Numbered from the stretch's first letter, positions 39,071-50,553 are shown. The stretch is DNA of 64,000 nt from Roseivirga sp. (GCA_965661435.1 CBFIDS010000123.1:1684-65683), one strand, 5' to 3'. Translations and numbers: made by a program. The notes: a model not told the origin generated them from the letters alone.

Positions 39071-39639
39071 ATATTACCAATATTGTCTTTAAACAGTTTG
39101 ATCGCAATAGATAGGAGGATTATTCCAAAGATCTTTTGCATGACTCCTATGCCTCCTTCACCAATTTTGCGTTCCAACCAATTGGTTGATTTTAGGACTA
39201 AGTAGACGAAAGCAAGATTGATTATTATGCCCACCAAGATATTCAATTCATCATACTCTGCTTTGATAGAAATGATAGTTGTCAAAGTTCCTGCTCCTGC
39301 AATAAGAGGGAATGCTATTGGAACCACGGAAGAGCTATTAGAGGCATTTGGTTCATTCTTGAAAATATTTACTCCCAAGATCATTTCCATTCCAATAATG
39401 AACATGATGATAGATCCAGCAATGGCGAAATCACCAACACTAATACCAAAGAGGCCTAAAAGATTATCTCCGGCAAACATGAAAAGGATCATGAGAACTC
39501 CTGCCACGATAGTAGCCTTCCCAGACTGTATATGCCCCATCTTCTTTCTCAAGTTGATAATGATCGGAACGGATCCGAGAATATTAATAACCGAGAATAG
39601 GATTAATGATACCGATAAGATCTGCGTAAAATTCAACAT
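39067..39639 (-). CDS. MarC family membrane protein
   Basis: Six TM helices; VPIAFPLIAGAG; FGIILLSIA. Confidence 0.92.
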   Translation of the reverse strand: MLNFTQILSVSLILFSVINILGSVPIIINLRKKMGHIQSGKATIVAGVLMILFMFAGDNLLGLFGISVGDFAIAGSIIMFIIGMEMILGVNIFKNEPNASNSSSVVPIAFPLIAGAGTLTTIISIKAEYDELNILVGIIINLAFVYLVLKSTNWLERKIGEGGIGVMQKIFGIILLSIAIKLFKDNIGNI

Positions 39640-39655
39640 GCCTTCCTGTTTTTTG

Positions 39656-39663
39656 CAAAGCTA
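39656..39663 (-). promoter_or_regulatory. -7 promoter element (TAGCTTTG) for marC-rnhA
   Basis: TAnnTTTG on the minus strand, 17 nt upstream of the marC ATG. Confidence 0.65.
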
Positions 39664-39703
39664 GGAAAGCTGAGATTCAAGATTGTTATAATCGGTTCAT
39701 AAT

Positions 39704-40123
39704 TTATTGCGATTTCAAATATTGCAAAGCCATTTCATAGCCCTTTAATCCAAATCCTGTAATCATTCCAGAACAGTTAGCTGTGATTAGACTCAAATGT
39801 CTGTATTCTTCACGTGCATGAATATTTGAAATGTGAACTTCAACAACTGGAGTTTTGATTGCTGCGATAGCGTCTGATATGGCCACGGACGTGTGCGTAT
39901 ATGCTCCCGCATTTAAGATGACTCCATCATAAGAAAATCCAACATCATGTAGTTTGTTAATCAACTCGCCTTCCACATTACTTTGATAATATTCTAATTC
40001 GATAGTAGAATTGCTAGACTTTAATTTTTCGAAATATTCTTCAAAGCTCAGTTCACCATAAATACTTTTCTCTCGAGTGCCTAAGAGATTGAGGTTGGGG
40101 CCGTTGATGACGATGATTTTCAT
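39704..40123 (-). CDS. aroQ: Type II 3-dehydroquinate dehydratase
   Basis: NGPNLNLLG.RE..IYG, NAGAYTHTS, EVHISNIHAREEYRH. Confidence 0.97.
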   Translation of the reverse strand: MKIIVINGPNLNLLGTREKSIYGELSFEEYFEKLKSSNSTIELEYYQSNVEGELINKLHDVGFSYDGVILNAGAYTHTSVAISDAIAAIKTPVVEVHISNIHAREEYRHLSLITANCSGMITGFGLKGYEMALQYLKSQ

Positions 40124-40251
40124 AGTCTTAAAACTAAGATAATTTCTTTAGTTGTGAGGAAACAGGTATTTGACATTTTTCAGTTTCTAAAATTTTATAA
40201 TAAAAATTCGCGTTTGACAATCACTAAAGATCAAATTCACTAAAATTGGAA

Positions 40252-41151
40252 ATGGTTTGGGATGAATATCTACAGGAGTATGAGAACTATCTGAAACTTG
40301 AGCGTTCATTAAGCCCAAATTCTGTTGATGCGTATGTAAGAGATATAGTTAAATTCAAGCAATTCCTAGACCTGTCCGAAATAAAGATAAGCCCTTTACA
40401 GGTAAGTATGGTTGAGCTTCAGAATTTCATTGAATATATCAATGAGTTGGGTATGAGTGCCTTTTCTCAGGCTAGGATCATCTCTGGATTAAAATCCTTC
40501 TATAAATTTTTATTGTATGAAGGTGAACTTGATTCGGACCCTACAGAACTACTAGAGGCACCAAAATTAGGTAGGAAGTTACCTGATACGCTCAGTATTG
40601 ATGAAATCGATAAGATAATTGCTACCATTGATCACTCAACTCCAGAAGGGATGAGAAACAGAGCGATGCTTGAAACCTTGTATAGCTCGGGATTAAGGGT
40701 TTCTGAGTTGATCGGTTTAAAAATGTCTAATGTTCATGCGGACGTTGGTTTTTTAAGAGTCTTTGGAAAAGGTAATAAGGAAAGGTTGGTTCCAGTAGGC
40801 AGGGAAGCATTGAAATATGTGAAGATCTATAAGGAGGAGGTAAGAGTTCACCTAAGCATAAAGCTAGGGCATGAAGGCTTTCTATTTCTTAACCGTAATG
40901 GACGACAACTCAGCCGTCAGATGATTTTTATTATGATTAAAAATTTGGTAGAAAAATCGGGGATCAGTAAAACCATCAGCCCCCATACCTTTAGGCATTC
41001 ATTTGCCACCCACTTAATTGAGGGTGGGGCAGATCTTAGGGCAGTTCAAGAGATGCTCGGTCATGAGTCCATCACAACTACTGAAATCTATACACACTTA
41101 GATAGAGACTACTTAAAGCAGGTAATTCAAGAATTTCATCCGAGGAGTTAA
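40252..41151 (+). CDS. xerD: Site-specific tyrosine recombinase XerD
   Basis: YSSGLRVSEL, GKGNKERLVP, SPHTFRHSFATHL, VQEMLGH, TTEIYTH. Confidence 0.92.
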   Translation: MVWDEYLQEYENYLKLERSLSPNSVDAYVRDIVKFKQFLDLSEIKISPLQVSMVELQNFIEYINELGMSAFSQARIISGLKSFYKFLLYEGELDSDPTELLEAPKLGRKLPDTLSIDEIDKIIATIDHSTPEGMRNRAMLETLYSSGLRVSELIGLKMSNVHADVGFLRVFGKGNKERLVPVGREALKYVKIYKEEVRVHLSIKLGHEGFLFLNRNGRQLSRQMIFIMIKNLVEKSGISKTISPHTFRHSFATHLIEGGADLRAVQEMLGHESITTTEIYTHLDRDYLKQVIQEFHPRS

Positions 41152-41182
41152 TTATCAAATTAGCCCAGCTTCAAATTCATTT

Positions 41183-42253
41183 TTAAAGCCAGTTCTTCCT
41201 TTTGAAATAATAGATCATTCCTCCGGCAACTACTAATATTGCTCCCCAAAAAATGGGATAAGAATATTCATAGCCTAATTCAGGCATATGTTCGAAGTTC
41301 ATCCCATAAATACCAGCCATGAAAGTGAGTGGGATAAAAACCACTGAGAATATTGTCAGAACCTTTAATACATCATTGAGCTTATTGGTCATATGAGTGT
41401 GATAGGTGTTTAGATTGTCATTTATAGTTTCGCGGTAGACTTCAATCGTTTCTGTAACATGTGTAATATGATCATTAAGATCTTTCAAGAAGGGTCTGGT
41501 CTTTTTGTCAATAATGGCTAGATCTGATTTGTTAAATCCTAGAACAGTATCTCTAAGTGGCCTGGCATATCTTCGCAAGTAGTTAACTTCTTTTTTGCTG
41601 AGGTTAAGATCTGCAAGCATCTCTTTCTTGAATTCACCCAATAGTCGAGCTTCTTGTTCATTGATCTCATCACCATATTCCTCTATAATTGCTAAGTAAT
41701 GATCTACTACAACGTCTAACAAAGCGAAAGCTAAATAATCTGATTCTCTAGTTCTGATTCGCCCTTTAGCATTTCTTAACCTACTTCTTACACCGTCAAA
41801 AATATCTCCTGGCTTCTCCTGGAAAGTGATGATATAGCCTTCGCCAACAATCATACTGAACTGCTCGGAGATAATCGTTTCATCGGCAGTTCGGAACATT
41901 TTTGCAGCAATGAAGAAATGATCATCATACTCATCGAATGTAGGTCTTTGGTTGATATTAAGAATGTCCTCTAAAGCTAAGTTATGTATAGAGAATGCTT
42001 CGCCAATCTTCTGAATAGTTGCAATGTCGTGTAGACCTACCACATTCAGCCATGAAGTATGTCCCTGAGCCTTTAGGTTATCGAGGTCATCTAAAACCAA
42101 ATTTTTCTCTATAAGGTCTTCCAAATTGAATTGCATCAACTCGAGCTTAACTTCATCTACATGTTGCTCACCCGTGTAGATGAGTGAACCAGGCATCTGA
42201 TTGATTTTCTTAGATGCTTTTGTGGGTTCAGCTTTCTTTCTTCGCCTCCTTAT
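41183..42253 (-). CDS. corA: Magnesium/cobalt transporter CorA (start uncertain)
   Basis: PGSLIYTG, LEDILN..QRP, FQE, YGMNF signature, MPEL. Confidence 0.92.
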   Translation of the reverse strand: MRRRRKKAEPTKASKKINQMPGSLIYTGEQHVDEVKLELMQFNLEDLIEKNLVLDDLDNLKAQGHTSWLNVVGLHDIATIQKIGEAFSIHNLALEDILNINQRPTFDEYDDHFFIAAKMFRTADETIISEQFSMIVGEGYIITFQEKPGDIFDGVRSRLRNAKGRIRTRESDYLAFALLDVVVDHYLAIIEEYGDEINEQEARLLGEFKKEMLADLNLSKKEVNYLRRYARPLRDTVLGFNKSDLAIIDKKTRPFLKDLNDHITHVTETIEVYRETINDNLNTYHTHMTNKLNDVLKVLTIFSVVFIPLTFMAGIYGMNFEHMPELGYEYSYPIFWGAILVVAGGMIYYFKRKNWL

Positions 42254-43103
42254 AGACAATAGTTCGGTAGGGGAAAGGTATTTCAATTCCTTCACGATCA
42301 AATCTTTCTTTAATTGACTTATTAATATCGCACTTTAATTCGAATCCTTTGATCGGGTCTTCTGACCAAACTTGGGCTCTTAGGTTGATGCTTGACTCTC
42401 CATACTCTAACAATCTAACAATAACAGATGGAATGCCCTTAGCTATGTCATCATCAGATCTATAATCGATGAAATGTTCATGAGCCATGGCTTCTTCTTG
42501 AATGATCTTAATGGCTAGGTCTATATTAGAGTCATAACTGATTCCATAAAAGATGTGGTTACAGACTTTGTCTTCAACGATGTTATAATTCAGAATGGTG
42601 TCTGAACTGATGGCAGAATTAGGGATAACCAATCGCTTGTTTTCAAAATCTTTGATCACAGTATGTCTTAAAGTGATGTCTTCGACCACGCCAGCACTTG
42701 CCCCAATTTTCACAATGTCTCCGACCCTAAAAGGTTTAAAGATCACAATAAAAACGCCACTGACGATATTGGAGAAAGCTGCTTGGGAGGCAAAACCGAT
42801 AATCGCGGCGAGAATACCGGCACTTGCAAATAAGGCAATTCCGAATTCCTTGAGCTTATCGATCGACATGAAAATGATGATCAGTGCAATGGTGTAAATA
42901 ATGAAGCCAAGAGCGTTGCTTAAAAACTTGTATTGAGTCGGATCCACCCTCATTTCATCTGATGAACTTTTGATGAATTTGTTAAGGATAGCTCTCAGAA
43001 TCTTCAATAAAATGAAAGCAATAATGAAAATACCCAGTACGTAAGCTCCAACGTTAAGAGCTTCAATCTCTGTGAAGTGTAAAAATTCGAAGGGTAATTT
43101 CAT
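42228..43103 (-). CDS. mscS: Small-conductance mechanosensitive channel (MscS family)
   Basis: IGFASQ..FSNIVSG, KPFRVGD, IPNS, GIEIPFP. Confidence 0.92.
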   Translation of the reverse strand: MKLPFEFLHFTEIEALNVGAYVLGIFIIAFILLKILRAILNKFIKSSSDEMRVDPTQYKFLSNALGFIIYTIALIIIFMSIDKLKEFGIALFASAGILAAIIGFASQAAFSNIVSGVFIVIFKPFRVGDIVKIGASAGVVEDITLRHTVIKDFENKRLVIPNSAISSDTILNYNIVEDKVCNHIFYGISYDSNIDLAIKIIQEEAMAHEHFIDYRSDDDIAKGIPSVIVRLLEYGESSINLRAQVWSEDPIKGFELKCDINKSIKERFDREGIEIPFPYRTIVYKEAKKES

Positions 43104-43957
43104 TAGCTGGCTCTCAGGTTAAATGTCATAACGGGTATGTCATAACGGGTGATCAAATACTCAGTAATATTTCCTTTGATCATGTCTTTTACTGTCTCGG
43201 TATGTTTGGAAAAAAGGGCAAACATGTTCGATTCAAAATAGTCAGCTGCATTCAAAAAGCCTTTATTCAGCTGCTTAGTGTTGAATACTTTTATTTCATG
43301 ACCACTTAGTCCATGAGATTCGAACCAGAATCTACTCCTTTTCCTGATCTGAGGTGATGTCATAAAAAAGGCTGGAGTGTTGATATAAACAAATTGAAGT
43401 TGTGCATTAAACTTACCTGCAAATTCAACCAGGTCCTTGATCTTTGCTTTGCAATTGATCTCTAGGTTGGTAGGAATGAGGATCTTTTTTGGCTTGAAAT
43501 TATCGCTTTCCCTGTTAACAGTAATGACCGGGTTTTGAGCTAGCTTGGCGATTCTTTCGGGATGTGTTTTTTTGAGGAATTCATCAAATCTCTGATGTTC
43601 ATAATTGCCCACAACAGTAAGGTCTATTCCATCTTCAGAGACTAATTCGGCAATTTTTTCAGGAGAACTATCGATCTTGAGTTTATAAGAAACATCCACT
43701 CCATCTAGAGAAAGTTTCTTTATATAATTCTCCATTTTTTTCTCATTCTTTTGAATAACTTCTTCTAGAAATCTCTGACCGCTTTCAGTTTTACTTTTGT
43801 AAATCCCCATTTCATCGAGATATACCGCCAATGCGGCTTTCACCACATGCACCAAACAGATCTGTGCATTGGTTTCTAGGGCAATGCTCTTGGCAACATT
43901 CACTGCTTTGTCAGTCTTTTCTGAGAAGTCTATAGGAACGAGTATCTTTTCGTACAT
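43103..43957 (-). CDS. Universal stress protein (tandem Usp domains)
   Basis: KILVPIDFS and KKILIPT domain starts; PVITV and IPVMT domain ends. Confidence 0.85.
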   Translation of the reverse strand: MYEKILVPIDFSEKTDKAVNVAKSIALETNAQICLVHVVKAALAVYLDEMGIYKSKTESGQRFLEEVIQKNEKKMENYIKKLSLDGVDVSYKLKIDSSPEKIAELVSEDGIDLTVVGNYEHQRFDEFLKKTHPERIAKLAQNPVITVNRESDNFKPKKILIPTNLEINCKAKIKDLVEFAGKFNAQLQFVYINTPAFFMTSPQIRKRSRFWFESHGLSGHEIKVFNTKQLNKGFLNAADYFESNMFALFSKHTETVKDMIKGNITEYLITRYDIPVMTFNLRAS

Positions 43958-44080
43958 GCCTGATGATGTTAAGTCAAATTCCAATATATCTAATGAATTG
44001 ACAAAAGGAATTTGATAAATCGTTCATAGCTCTTTTCAATTCTTAATTAACTCAGCTATTTTTACGTCAAATTTCCAGTA

Positions 44081-45133
44081 TTGTATAAAACTCTCATCAG
44101 ACCCTTTTTATTCAGTAAGCAACCTGAGCCTGCTCATTATTTCACATTTAATTGGATCAGGAGGTTGTTTAAAATCCCTGGCACTCAAGCAATTGCAAGT
44201 TCTTTGTATAATTTCAAAGATCAAGGTCTTGAGGTAGAGTGCTTTGGATTAAAGTTCCCAAACCCTGTTGGCTTGGCAGCTGGTTTTGATAAAGACGCTA
44301 AATTATTCAATGAGTTATCTGCTTTTGGTTTTGGCTTCATAGAAATAGGCACACTTACCCCACAGGGTCAGGAAGGTAATCCGAAACCAAGGCTATTCAG
44401 ACTTCCTAAGGATAAAAGTTTGATCAATCGCATGGGCTTCAATAATGAAGGGGTTGAGATAGCTATTGATCGTCTAAAAAAGAAAAAGGCTAAAGTTCTA
44501 ATAGGAGGTAACATAGGTAAGAATAAGGTGACGCCTAATGAAAATGCAGTAGACGATTACGTTAAATGCTACAAAGCGCTATTGCCATATGTAGATTACT
44601 TTGTCGTGAATGTGAGCTCACCTAACACTCCCAATTTAAGGGCACTTCAAGATAAAGAACCCTTGACTGTTTTATTGAATACGCTGCAAGAGGAAAAGAG
44701 AATAGCGAAAGCACAACAGCCAATCCTTTTAAAGATCGCGCCTGACCTCAATGAGGATCAGCTAATAGATATCATTGATATTGTCAGCGATACTAAGATT
44801 GATGGGGTGATAGCAACCAATACTACCATTTCTAGAGAAGGGTTAAATACAGCTAAAGAGACAATTGAAGAAATTGGTGCAGGAGGCTTGAGTGGTGCTT
44901 CAGTAACAGCTCGTTCTACTGAAGTCATTCGTTTTTTACATTCAAAGTCGAATGGAGCATTTCCAATCATAGGAGTTGGGGGGATCTCAACTGCAGAAGA
45001 TGCTATTGCTAAATTGGAGGCTGGGGCAAGTCTTATTCAAGTCTATACGGGCTTTATTTATGAAGGTCCTTCAATGATTAAGAAAATTAATAAAGGGATT
45101 CTTCGTTGGAAAAATTCCAAACTGACCGCTTAA
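44081..45133 (+). CDS. pyrD: Quinone-dependent dihydroorotate dehydrogenase
   Basis: [36 protein letters not shown]. Confidence 0.97.
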   Translation: MYKTLIRPFLFSKQPEPAHYFTFNWIRRLFKIPGTQAIASSLYNFKDQGLEVECFGLKFPNPVGLAAGFDKDAKLFNELSAFGFGFIEIGTLTPQGQEGNPKPRLFRLPKDKSLINRMGFNNEGVEIAIDRLKKKKAKVLIGGNIGKNKVTPNENAVDDYVKCYKALLPYVDYFVVNVSSPNTPNLRALQDKEPLTVLLNTLQEEKRIAKAQQPILLKIAPDLNEDQLIDIIDIVSDTKIDGVIATNTTISREGLNTAKETIEEIGAGGLSGASVTARSTEVIRFLHSKSNGAFPIIGVGGISTAEDAIAKLEAGASLIQVYTGFIYEGPSMIKKINKGILRWKNSKLTA

Positions 45134-45192
45134 TGCGCTGTGCTGTTTGTAAAATTCATTTAACTTCGTAAAAACCGGTTCAACATTTTTAA

Positions 45193-47724
45193 ATGTCTAA
45201 AAACACCTACAAGTCCAACACTTTTAAAAGTAACCAGGGTAAATCTGCCAAAACCAAGAAAAAATTCTCAACCAAAATTGAAATCCCTTTTCTAAAAGAC
45301 AGAAGACTCCAATTGTCGGTAGGTTTCTTCTTGTTATTAGCTTCGGTATTCATTTTCCTTTCATGCACTAGCTACTTATTCACAGGGAAAGACGACCAGA
45401 GCGTAGTAGAAGCCTTTTTTGCAGAGGGTGAAACTGTTCAATCTTTAGGGAGAGAAGCAAAGAACTGGATGAAGCTTCTTGGGGCACTTGCCTCTCATAA
45501 ACTCATTTTCGATTGGTTCGGTATTGGCTCGTTCTTAATACCCCCCTTTCTTTTCATTTTAGGGTATAGGGTAGTTTGGGGAAAAGAATTAATGAAGCTT
45601 TCAAGGGCTTTAGTAACAACTGTGTTTTTCTTAGTATGGACCAGTCTTTTGATGGGTTCTATGATCAAAGGAGATGATTCTGTATCGGGATGGAGTTTTT
45701 ATTCCGGAGGCATCGGTTATCAGTTATCTCTGTTTTTCGACTCTTTATTAGGCTATGGGACTATCCTGTTCTTAGCATTCACTCTTTTAGTCTACGTTAT
45801 ATTCTTTTTCAACATAACCGAGATCCTAAGTTTTAATAAAGTTTCTAAATCGGGAATGGCCGAAGATTCTGAGGCTAAACCATCTGCCTCAGTTAATAAT
45901 GCTGAAGGATTAGAGGCTGATCTAGAAACTAGCAATGAGGAAACTTCTGAAGAGGATATTGACAATTCTGAAGAATGGGTGGTCAGTGTTAAAGATGAAG
46001 AGAATGAAGAACCTGATGAAGCCATTGAATTAGACTCATCATCTGCAGAAAAATCTCAAGCTGAGGTAGCAGAGAAGGCAGTTGAAGATAATTCTTTAGA
46101 ATTGGAGGTGACTCCTCCTGTCAACAAACCAAAGTCAACAGAAAAGAAAGATAATGAACCAACTTTCGAAGTTGAGATCAAAGAAGCCTCAGAAAAGCTA
46201 GTTGAAAAAGCTGGACATTACGACCCTACGTTAGACCTGGCCAAATACCAATTCCCGACAATTGACTTATTGAATGAGTATTCTACAGGTAAGGTTCAGG
46301 TAACTAAAGATGAACTTCAGCAGAATAAAGATAAGATCGTTGAAACACTTACCAATTTCAAAATTGGGATCTCGAGCATCAAGGCCACTATTGGCCCTAC
46401 TGTAACTCTTTACGAAATTGTTCCAGAGGCAGGTGTGAAGATCTCTAAGATCAAGAATCTTGAAGATGACATTGCCTTAAGTCTTGCGGCTTTAGGGATC
46501 AGGATCATTGCTCCTATTCCAGGCAAAGGAACTATTGGTATTGAGGTGCCAAATAAGAATAAAGAAATGGTTTCTATGCGTTCGGTGATCTCCACCGATC
46601 TATTCATGAATTCTGACAAGGCACTGCCTGTTGCATTGGGTAAGACCATTTCGAATGAGGTCTTTGTGGCTGATCTGGCTAAGATGCCCCACCTTTTAAT
46701 GGCTGGTGCTACTGGTCAAGGTAAATCCGTTGGACTGAACGTTATCCTTACCTCATTGCTTTACAAAAAGCATCCCTCACAACTGAAGTTCGTTTTAGTC
46801 GATCCTAAAAAGGTAGAATTGACCCTTTTCAACAAAATTGAAAGACATTATTTGGCTAAACTGCCTGATAACGAAGAGCCTATTATAACTGATACGAAAA
46901 AAGTTATTCATACCCTGAATTCCCTATGTATTGAAATGGATCAACGATATGATCTTTTAAAGGATGCTGCTTGTAGAAATATCAAAGAGTACAATAAGAA
47001 ATTTGTTGATCGAAAATTAAATCCAGAAAAAGGTCATCGTTTCCTCCCTTATATCGTCTTAGTTATAGATGAATTAGCGGATCTCATGATGACGGCAGGG
47101 AAAGAGGTGGAGGCACCTATTGCTAGATTAGCTCAATTGGCTCGAGCCATTGGTATTCACTTGGTTGTTGCAACACAAAGACCATCTGTGAATGTGATTA
47201 CGGGTATTATAAAGGCCAATTTCCCAGCTAGACTTTCATTTAGAGTAACGTCTAAGGTAGATTCAAGGACAATTCTTGATGCTGGTGGTGCTGATCAATT
47301 GATCGGTCAAGGAGATATGTTGCTTTCTATGGGCTCCGAGATCATTAGATTACAATGTGCATTTGTAGATACGCCTGAAGTAGATGAGATTTGTGAATTC
47401 ATTGGAGGTCAGAAAGGATATTCAGATGCCTATCTGCTGCCAGAATATGTTGGTGAAGAAGAAAGTCATAGATCAGATGTAGACTTGTCTGAGCGAGACG
47501 TGCTTTTCGAAGAAGCTGCAAGGTTGATCGTTTCGAATCAACAGGGAAGTACCAGTTTGATTCAGCGAAAGCTCAAATTGGGATATAATAGAGCAGGACG
47601 ATTGATCGATCAGCTTGAAGCCGCTGGCATAGTTGGTGCATTTGAAGGAAGTAAAGCTAGGGAAGTATTGATCCCTGATGAATATAGTTTGGAACAGTTA
47701 TTGAATAGTATAGACGAGAACTGA
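45193..47724 (+). CDS. ftsK: DNA translocase FtsK
   Basis: N-terminal TM domain, acidic linker, PHLLMAGATGQGKS, DELADLM, ATQRPS, gamma domain GYNRAGRLID. Confidence 0.97.
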   Translation: MSKNTYKSNTFKSNQGKSAKTKKKFSTKIEIPFLKDRRLQLSVGFFLLLASVFIFLSCTSYLFTGKDDQSVVEAFFAEGETVQSLGREAKNWMKLLGALASHKLIFDWFGIGSFLIPPFLFILGYRVVWGKELMKLSRALVTTVFFLVWTSLLMGSMIKGDDSVSGWSFYSGGIGYQLSLFFDSLLGYGTILFLAFTLLVYVIFFFNITEILSFNKVSKSGMAEDSEAKPSASVNNAEGLEADLETSNEETSEEDIDNSEEWVVSVKDEENEEPDEAIELDSSSAEKSQAEVAEKAVEDNSLELEVTPPVNKPKSTEKKDNEPTFEVEIKEASEKLVEKAGHYDPTLDLAKYQFPTIDLLNEYSTGKVQVTKDELQQNKDKIVETLTNFKIGISSIKATIGPTVTLYEIVPEAGVKISKIKNLEDDIALSLAALGIRIIAPIPGKGTIGIEVPNKNKEMVSMRSVISTDLFMNSDKALPVALGKTISNEVFVADLAKMPHLLMAGATGQGKSVGLNVILTSLLYKKHPSQLKFVLVDPKKVELTLFNKIERHYLAKLPDNEEPIITDTKKVIHTLNSLCIEMDQRYDLLKDAACRNIKEYNKKFVDRKLNPEKGHRFLPYIVLVIDELADLMMTAGKEVEAPIARLAQLARAIGIHLVVATQRPSVNVITGIIKANFPARLSFRVTSKVDSRTILDAGGADQLIGQGDMLLSMGSEIIRLQCAFVDTPEVDEICEFIGGQKGYSDAYLLPEYVGEEESHRSDVDLSERDVLFEEAARLIVSNQQGSTSLIQRKLKLGYNRAGRLIDQLEAAGIVGAFEGSKAREVLIPDEYSLEQLLNSIDEN

Positions 47725-47733
47725 TTTCCAGTA

Positions 47734-48387
47734 ATGAAGAATAGAATGAAGAAGTTTTTAATGGTGATGTTTTGGATAGCTACTTCGTTTGTAGCTGTGG
47801 GGCAGGAAGAGGATGCGAAATCCATATTAGATAAAATGAGCTCGGTTTATAAATCTATGCCGGGTTATGAAATCGCTTTTGTTCAAAAAATAATGAGTGA
47901 GGCTGAAGTTGTAGACAGATTGACAGGTGAAGCTTCAGTGGCTAAAGGGCAATTCTTGATCAAGTTTCAAGATCAGCATATATACTGTAATGGCACTGTT
48001 TTATGGACTTACCTGGTTGAGTCTCAAGAATTGACCATTAGTAATTTTGAACCAGAAGAGGCTATGATCAATCCTTCTAATGTATATGATATCTATAAAG
48101 AAGGATTCGATTATGAATATAAGAGAAAAGAGAACATTGAGGGGGAAATGGTTCATGTCATTGAACTGACCTCAACTGATGAAGATGCTGATTTTACCAA
48201 CGTTGTCATGTATATTGGCCAGAATGACTCTTACCTGAAAGGTTGGGACTTAATCGATTACGCTGGAGCAATGACCTCTTTTGAAGTATCGAGTTTCAAA
48301 CCTAATCAAGATTTTGGAGATGAATACTTTGTGTTCGATGAAGAAAAGAATCCTGTTCAATACAAAGAAGACTTAAGAAACGAATGA
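47734..48387 (+). CDS. lolA: Outer-membrane lipoprotein carrier LolA family
   Basis: Signal peptide; [14 protein letters not shown]; directly downstream of ftsK. Confidence 0.82.
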   Translation: MKNRMKKFLMVMFWIATSFVAVGQEEDAKSILDKMSSVYKSMPGYEIAFVQKIMSEAEVVDRLTGEASVAKGQFLIKFQDQHIYCNGTVLWTYLVESQELTISNFEPEEAMINPSNVYDIYKEGFDYEYKRKENIEGEMVHVIELTSTDEDADFTNVVMYIGQNDSYLKGWDLIDYAGAMTSFEVSSFKPNQDFGDEYFVFDEEKNPVQYKEDLRNE

Positions 48388-49199
48388 ACAAAGCTGATCT
48401 ATTCAGTCAGATCAAGGCTAAGTCATCTTACTTATGCGTGGGTCTAGATACAGATATTCATAGAATTCCTGAGCATCTTAAAAACTCTGAAGATCCACTC
48501 TTCGAATTCAACAAGCAGATCATAGATGCTACCATAGATTATGCAGTAGCATACAAGCCAAACATTGCTTTTTATGAAGCGCATGGCTTAAAAGGCTGGG
48601 AAAGCCTGATGAAGACCATCGATTATATACCAAAAGAGGCATTTGTGATTGCAGATGCCAAGAGAGGTGATATTGGGAATACCTCAAAAATGTACGCTCG
48701 TGCTTTTTTCGAGGAGATGAATTGTGATGCGATCACCGTTGCTCCTTACATGGGAGAAGACTCTGTTAAGCCATTCCTAGAATTTAAGAATAAATGGGTC
48801 ATCTTACTGGCATTGACTTCAAATGCTGGAGGGAAAGATTTCCAAAACTTGAAATTAGAAACAGGCCAAGAGTTGTATGAAAACGTGCTTGCAAAAAGTC
48901 AAGAATGGGGCACAGAAGAGGAACTTATGTTTGTCGTTGGTGCCACCAAGGCAGAGGCACTAACCAACATTAGGAGTATTGCTCCTAATCATTTTCTTCT
49001 TATACCGGGAGTTGGCGCTCAAGGTGGGAGTTTAGAAGAAGTTTCTAAATATGGTATGAATAGCCAATGTGGTCTTTTGGTGAATTCCTCAAGAGGGATC
49101 ATTTATGCAGATGATTCTGAGAATTTTGGTCAAACTGCCGAAAGAAAGGCAGCTGAGCTTCAGCAGGAAATGTCTAAATATTTAGAAAAATATTTATAA
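48384..49199 (+). CDS. pyrF: Orotidine-5'-phosphate decarboxylase (type 2)
   Basis: [39 protein letters not shown]. Confidence 0.96.
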   Translation: MNKADLFSQIKAKSSYLCVGLDTDIHRIPEHLKNSEDPLFEFNKQIIDATIDYAVAYKPNIAFYEAHGLKGWESLMKTIDYIPKEAFVIADAKRGDIGNTSKMYARAFFEEMNCDAITVAPYMGEDSVKPFLEFKNKWVILLALTSNAGGKDFQNLKLETGQELYENVLAKSQEWGTEEELMFVVGATKAEALTNIRSIAPNHFLLIPGVGAQGGSLEEVSKYGMNSQCGLLVNSSRGIIYADDSENFGQTAERKAAELQQEMSKYLEKYL

Positions 49200-49226
49200 T
49201 TTTCAAGTGTAAACACACACTTGAAA

Positions 49227-50498
49227 ATGAAGGAAGACTTTCTGCATTTCGTATGGCAGCATCAAGCCATCAATTCCAAAAATCTCTCTACAGTAGATCA
49301 ATTATTAATCAAGGTTGAGAAAACAGGCAATCCCAATGGCTTGGCAGGACCCGATTTTAAAGAATCCAATCTGATCATTGGAGGTCTCAAGTGGATAGGC
49401 TCCGTTGAAATTCATATCAAGTCTTCAGATTGGAAACGCCATGGGCATTCTGGTGATCCAAATTACGAAAATGTTATTCTCCATGTAGTTTATGAATATG
49501 ATACTGAAATTCTAAACTCGGATGGCAAGCCTATTCCCACACTAGAGCTTAAGGGTCGAATAAAGCCTGGAGTTCTCAAGAGGTATGAAGGTTTCATTAA
49601 TAGTATTCATCCCATACCATGTGCTGAATTATTTCCCAAAGTAAGGGTGGTTACCAAACTCGCTATGCTTGAATCTGCACTGATCCAAAGACTTCAAAGG
49701 AAGGCTCAGCTTTTTAAGAAAATACTAGAAGAGAATAATCATGATTGGGAACAGGCTACTTATGTATGGCTTGCTGGAGGTTTCGGCTTCAAGATTAATT
49801 CCGATAATATGATGGAGTTGGCTAATTTGGTTCCGCTTAAAATGTTACAAAAGCATAGTAAGATTGAGGAATGGGAGGCGCTTTTATTCGGAGCTAGTGG
49901 ATTGCTAAATAGGAATGATAATGACGGATATGCCAATGTGTTGAGAAGGGAATATGTCTATCTAGAAATGAAATATTCAATTTCAGCCCCATTGGCTTAT
50001 AACCAATGGCATTTCTCGGGGACTCGTCCCACCAATTTTCCATCAATCAGAATAGCACAATTTACGGCCTTAGTCCATCATCATAAGAGCCTCTTTTCTC
50101 TATTCACAAACTTCAATTCACTTAAAGACTTTCAAGACTTACTGTTTTTAAAGCCGAAAGATTACTGGCAAAACCATTACAATTTTGGAAAGGCGGTCAC
50201 TACAAAAATCAGAGGGTTATCTAAAAGAGCGATCCAAGGTTTGATGATCAATACCATTGCACCCTTGTTGGTGGCCTTTGCAGATTACAAAGACAATTCC
50301 AACATGATCGATCAAGCCATGAATGTATTGATGGCTCTTCCAGCAGAACAAAACCATATCATCAACAAGTGGCAAGAACTGGGATGGAATGTTAATTCAA
50401 GCTTCGATACTCAAGGATTGATCGAACTATATAATGAACATTGCACATCAAAAAAATGCATGAATTGTAAGATCGGAGTAGAATTGGTAAATCATTGA
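49227..50498 (+). CDS. DUF2851 family protein
   Basis: MKEDFLHFVW, GPDF, GSVEIH..SSDW..HGH..DPNY.NVILHVV, RPTNFP, C-terminal C...C..C. Confidence 0.85.
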   Translation: MKEDFLHFVWQHQAINSKNLSTVDQLLIKVEKTGNPNGLAGPDFKESNLIIGGLKWIGSVEIHIKSSDWKRHGHSGDPNYENVILHVVYEYDTEILNSDGKPIPTLELKGRIKPGVLKRYEGFINSIHPIPCAELFPKVRVVTKLAMLESALIQRLQRKAQLFKKILEENNHDWEQATYVWLAGGFGFKINSDNMMELANLVPLKMLQKHSKIEEWEALLFGASGLLNRNDNDGYANVLRREYVYLEMKYSISAPLAYNQWHFSGTRPTNFPSIRIAQFTALVHHHKSLFSLFTNFNSLKDFQDLLFLKPKDYWQNHYNFGKAVTTKIRGLSKRAIQGLMINTIAPLLVAFADYKDNSNMIDQAMNVLMALPAEQNHIINKWQELGWNVNSSFDTQGLIELYNEHCTSKKCMNCKIGVELVNH

Positions 50499-50526
50499 TT
50501 TACTTACTATTTGCTTACATTTCTTG

Positions 50527-50534
50527 TAACTTTG
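50527..50534 (+). promoter_or_regulatory. -7 promoter element (TAACTTTG)
   Basis: TAnnTTTG 19 nt upstream of the acetyltransferase ATG. Confidence 0.7.
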
Positions 50535-50553
50535 CACCCGCAAAATTAAAGCT

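Noticed and set aside
40252-41151. Tyrosine recombinase as a phage or island integrase
   Set aside because: Length and motifs are those of chromosomal XerD; it is flanked by aroQ and corA, with no att repeats or cargo
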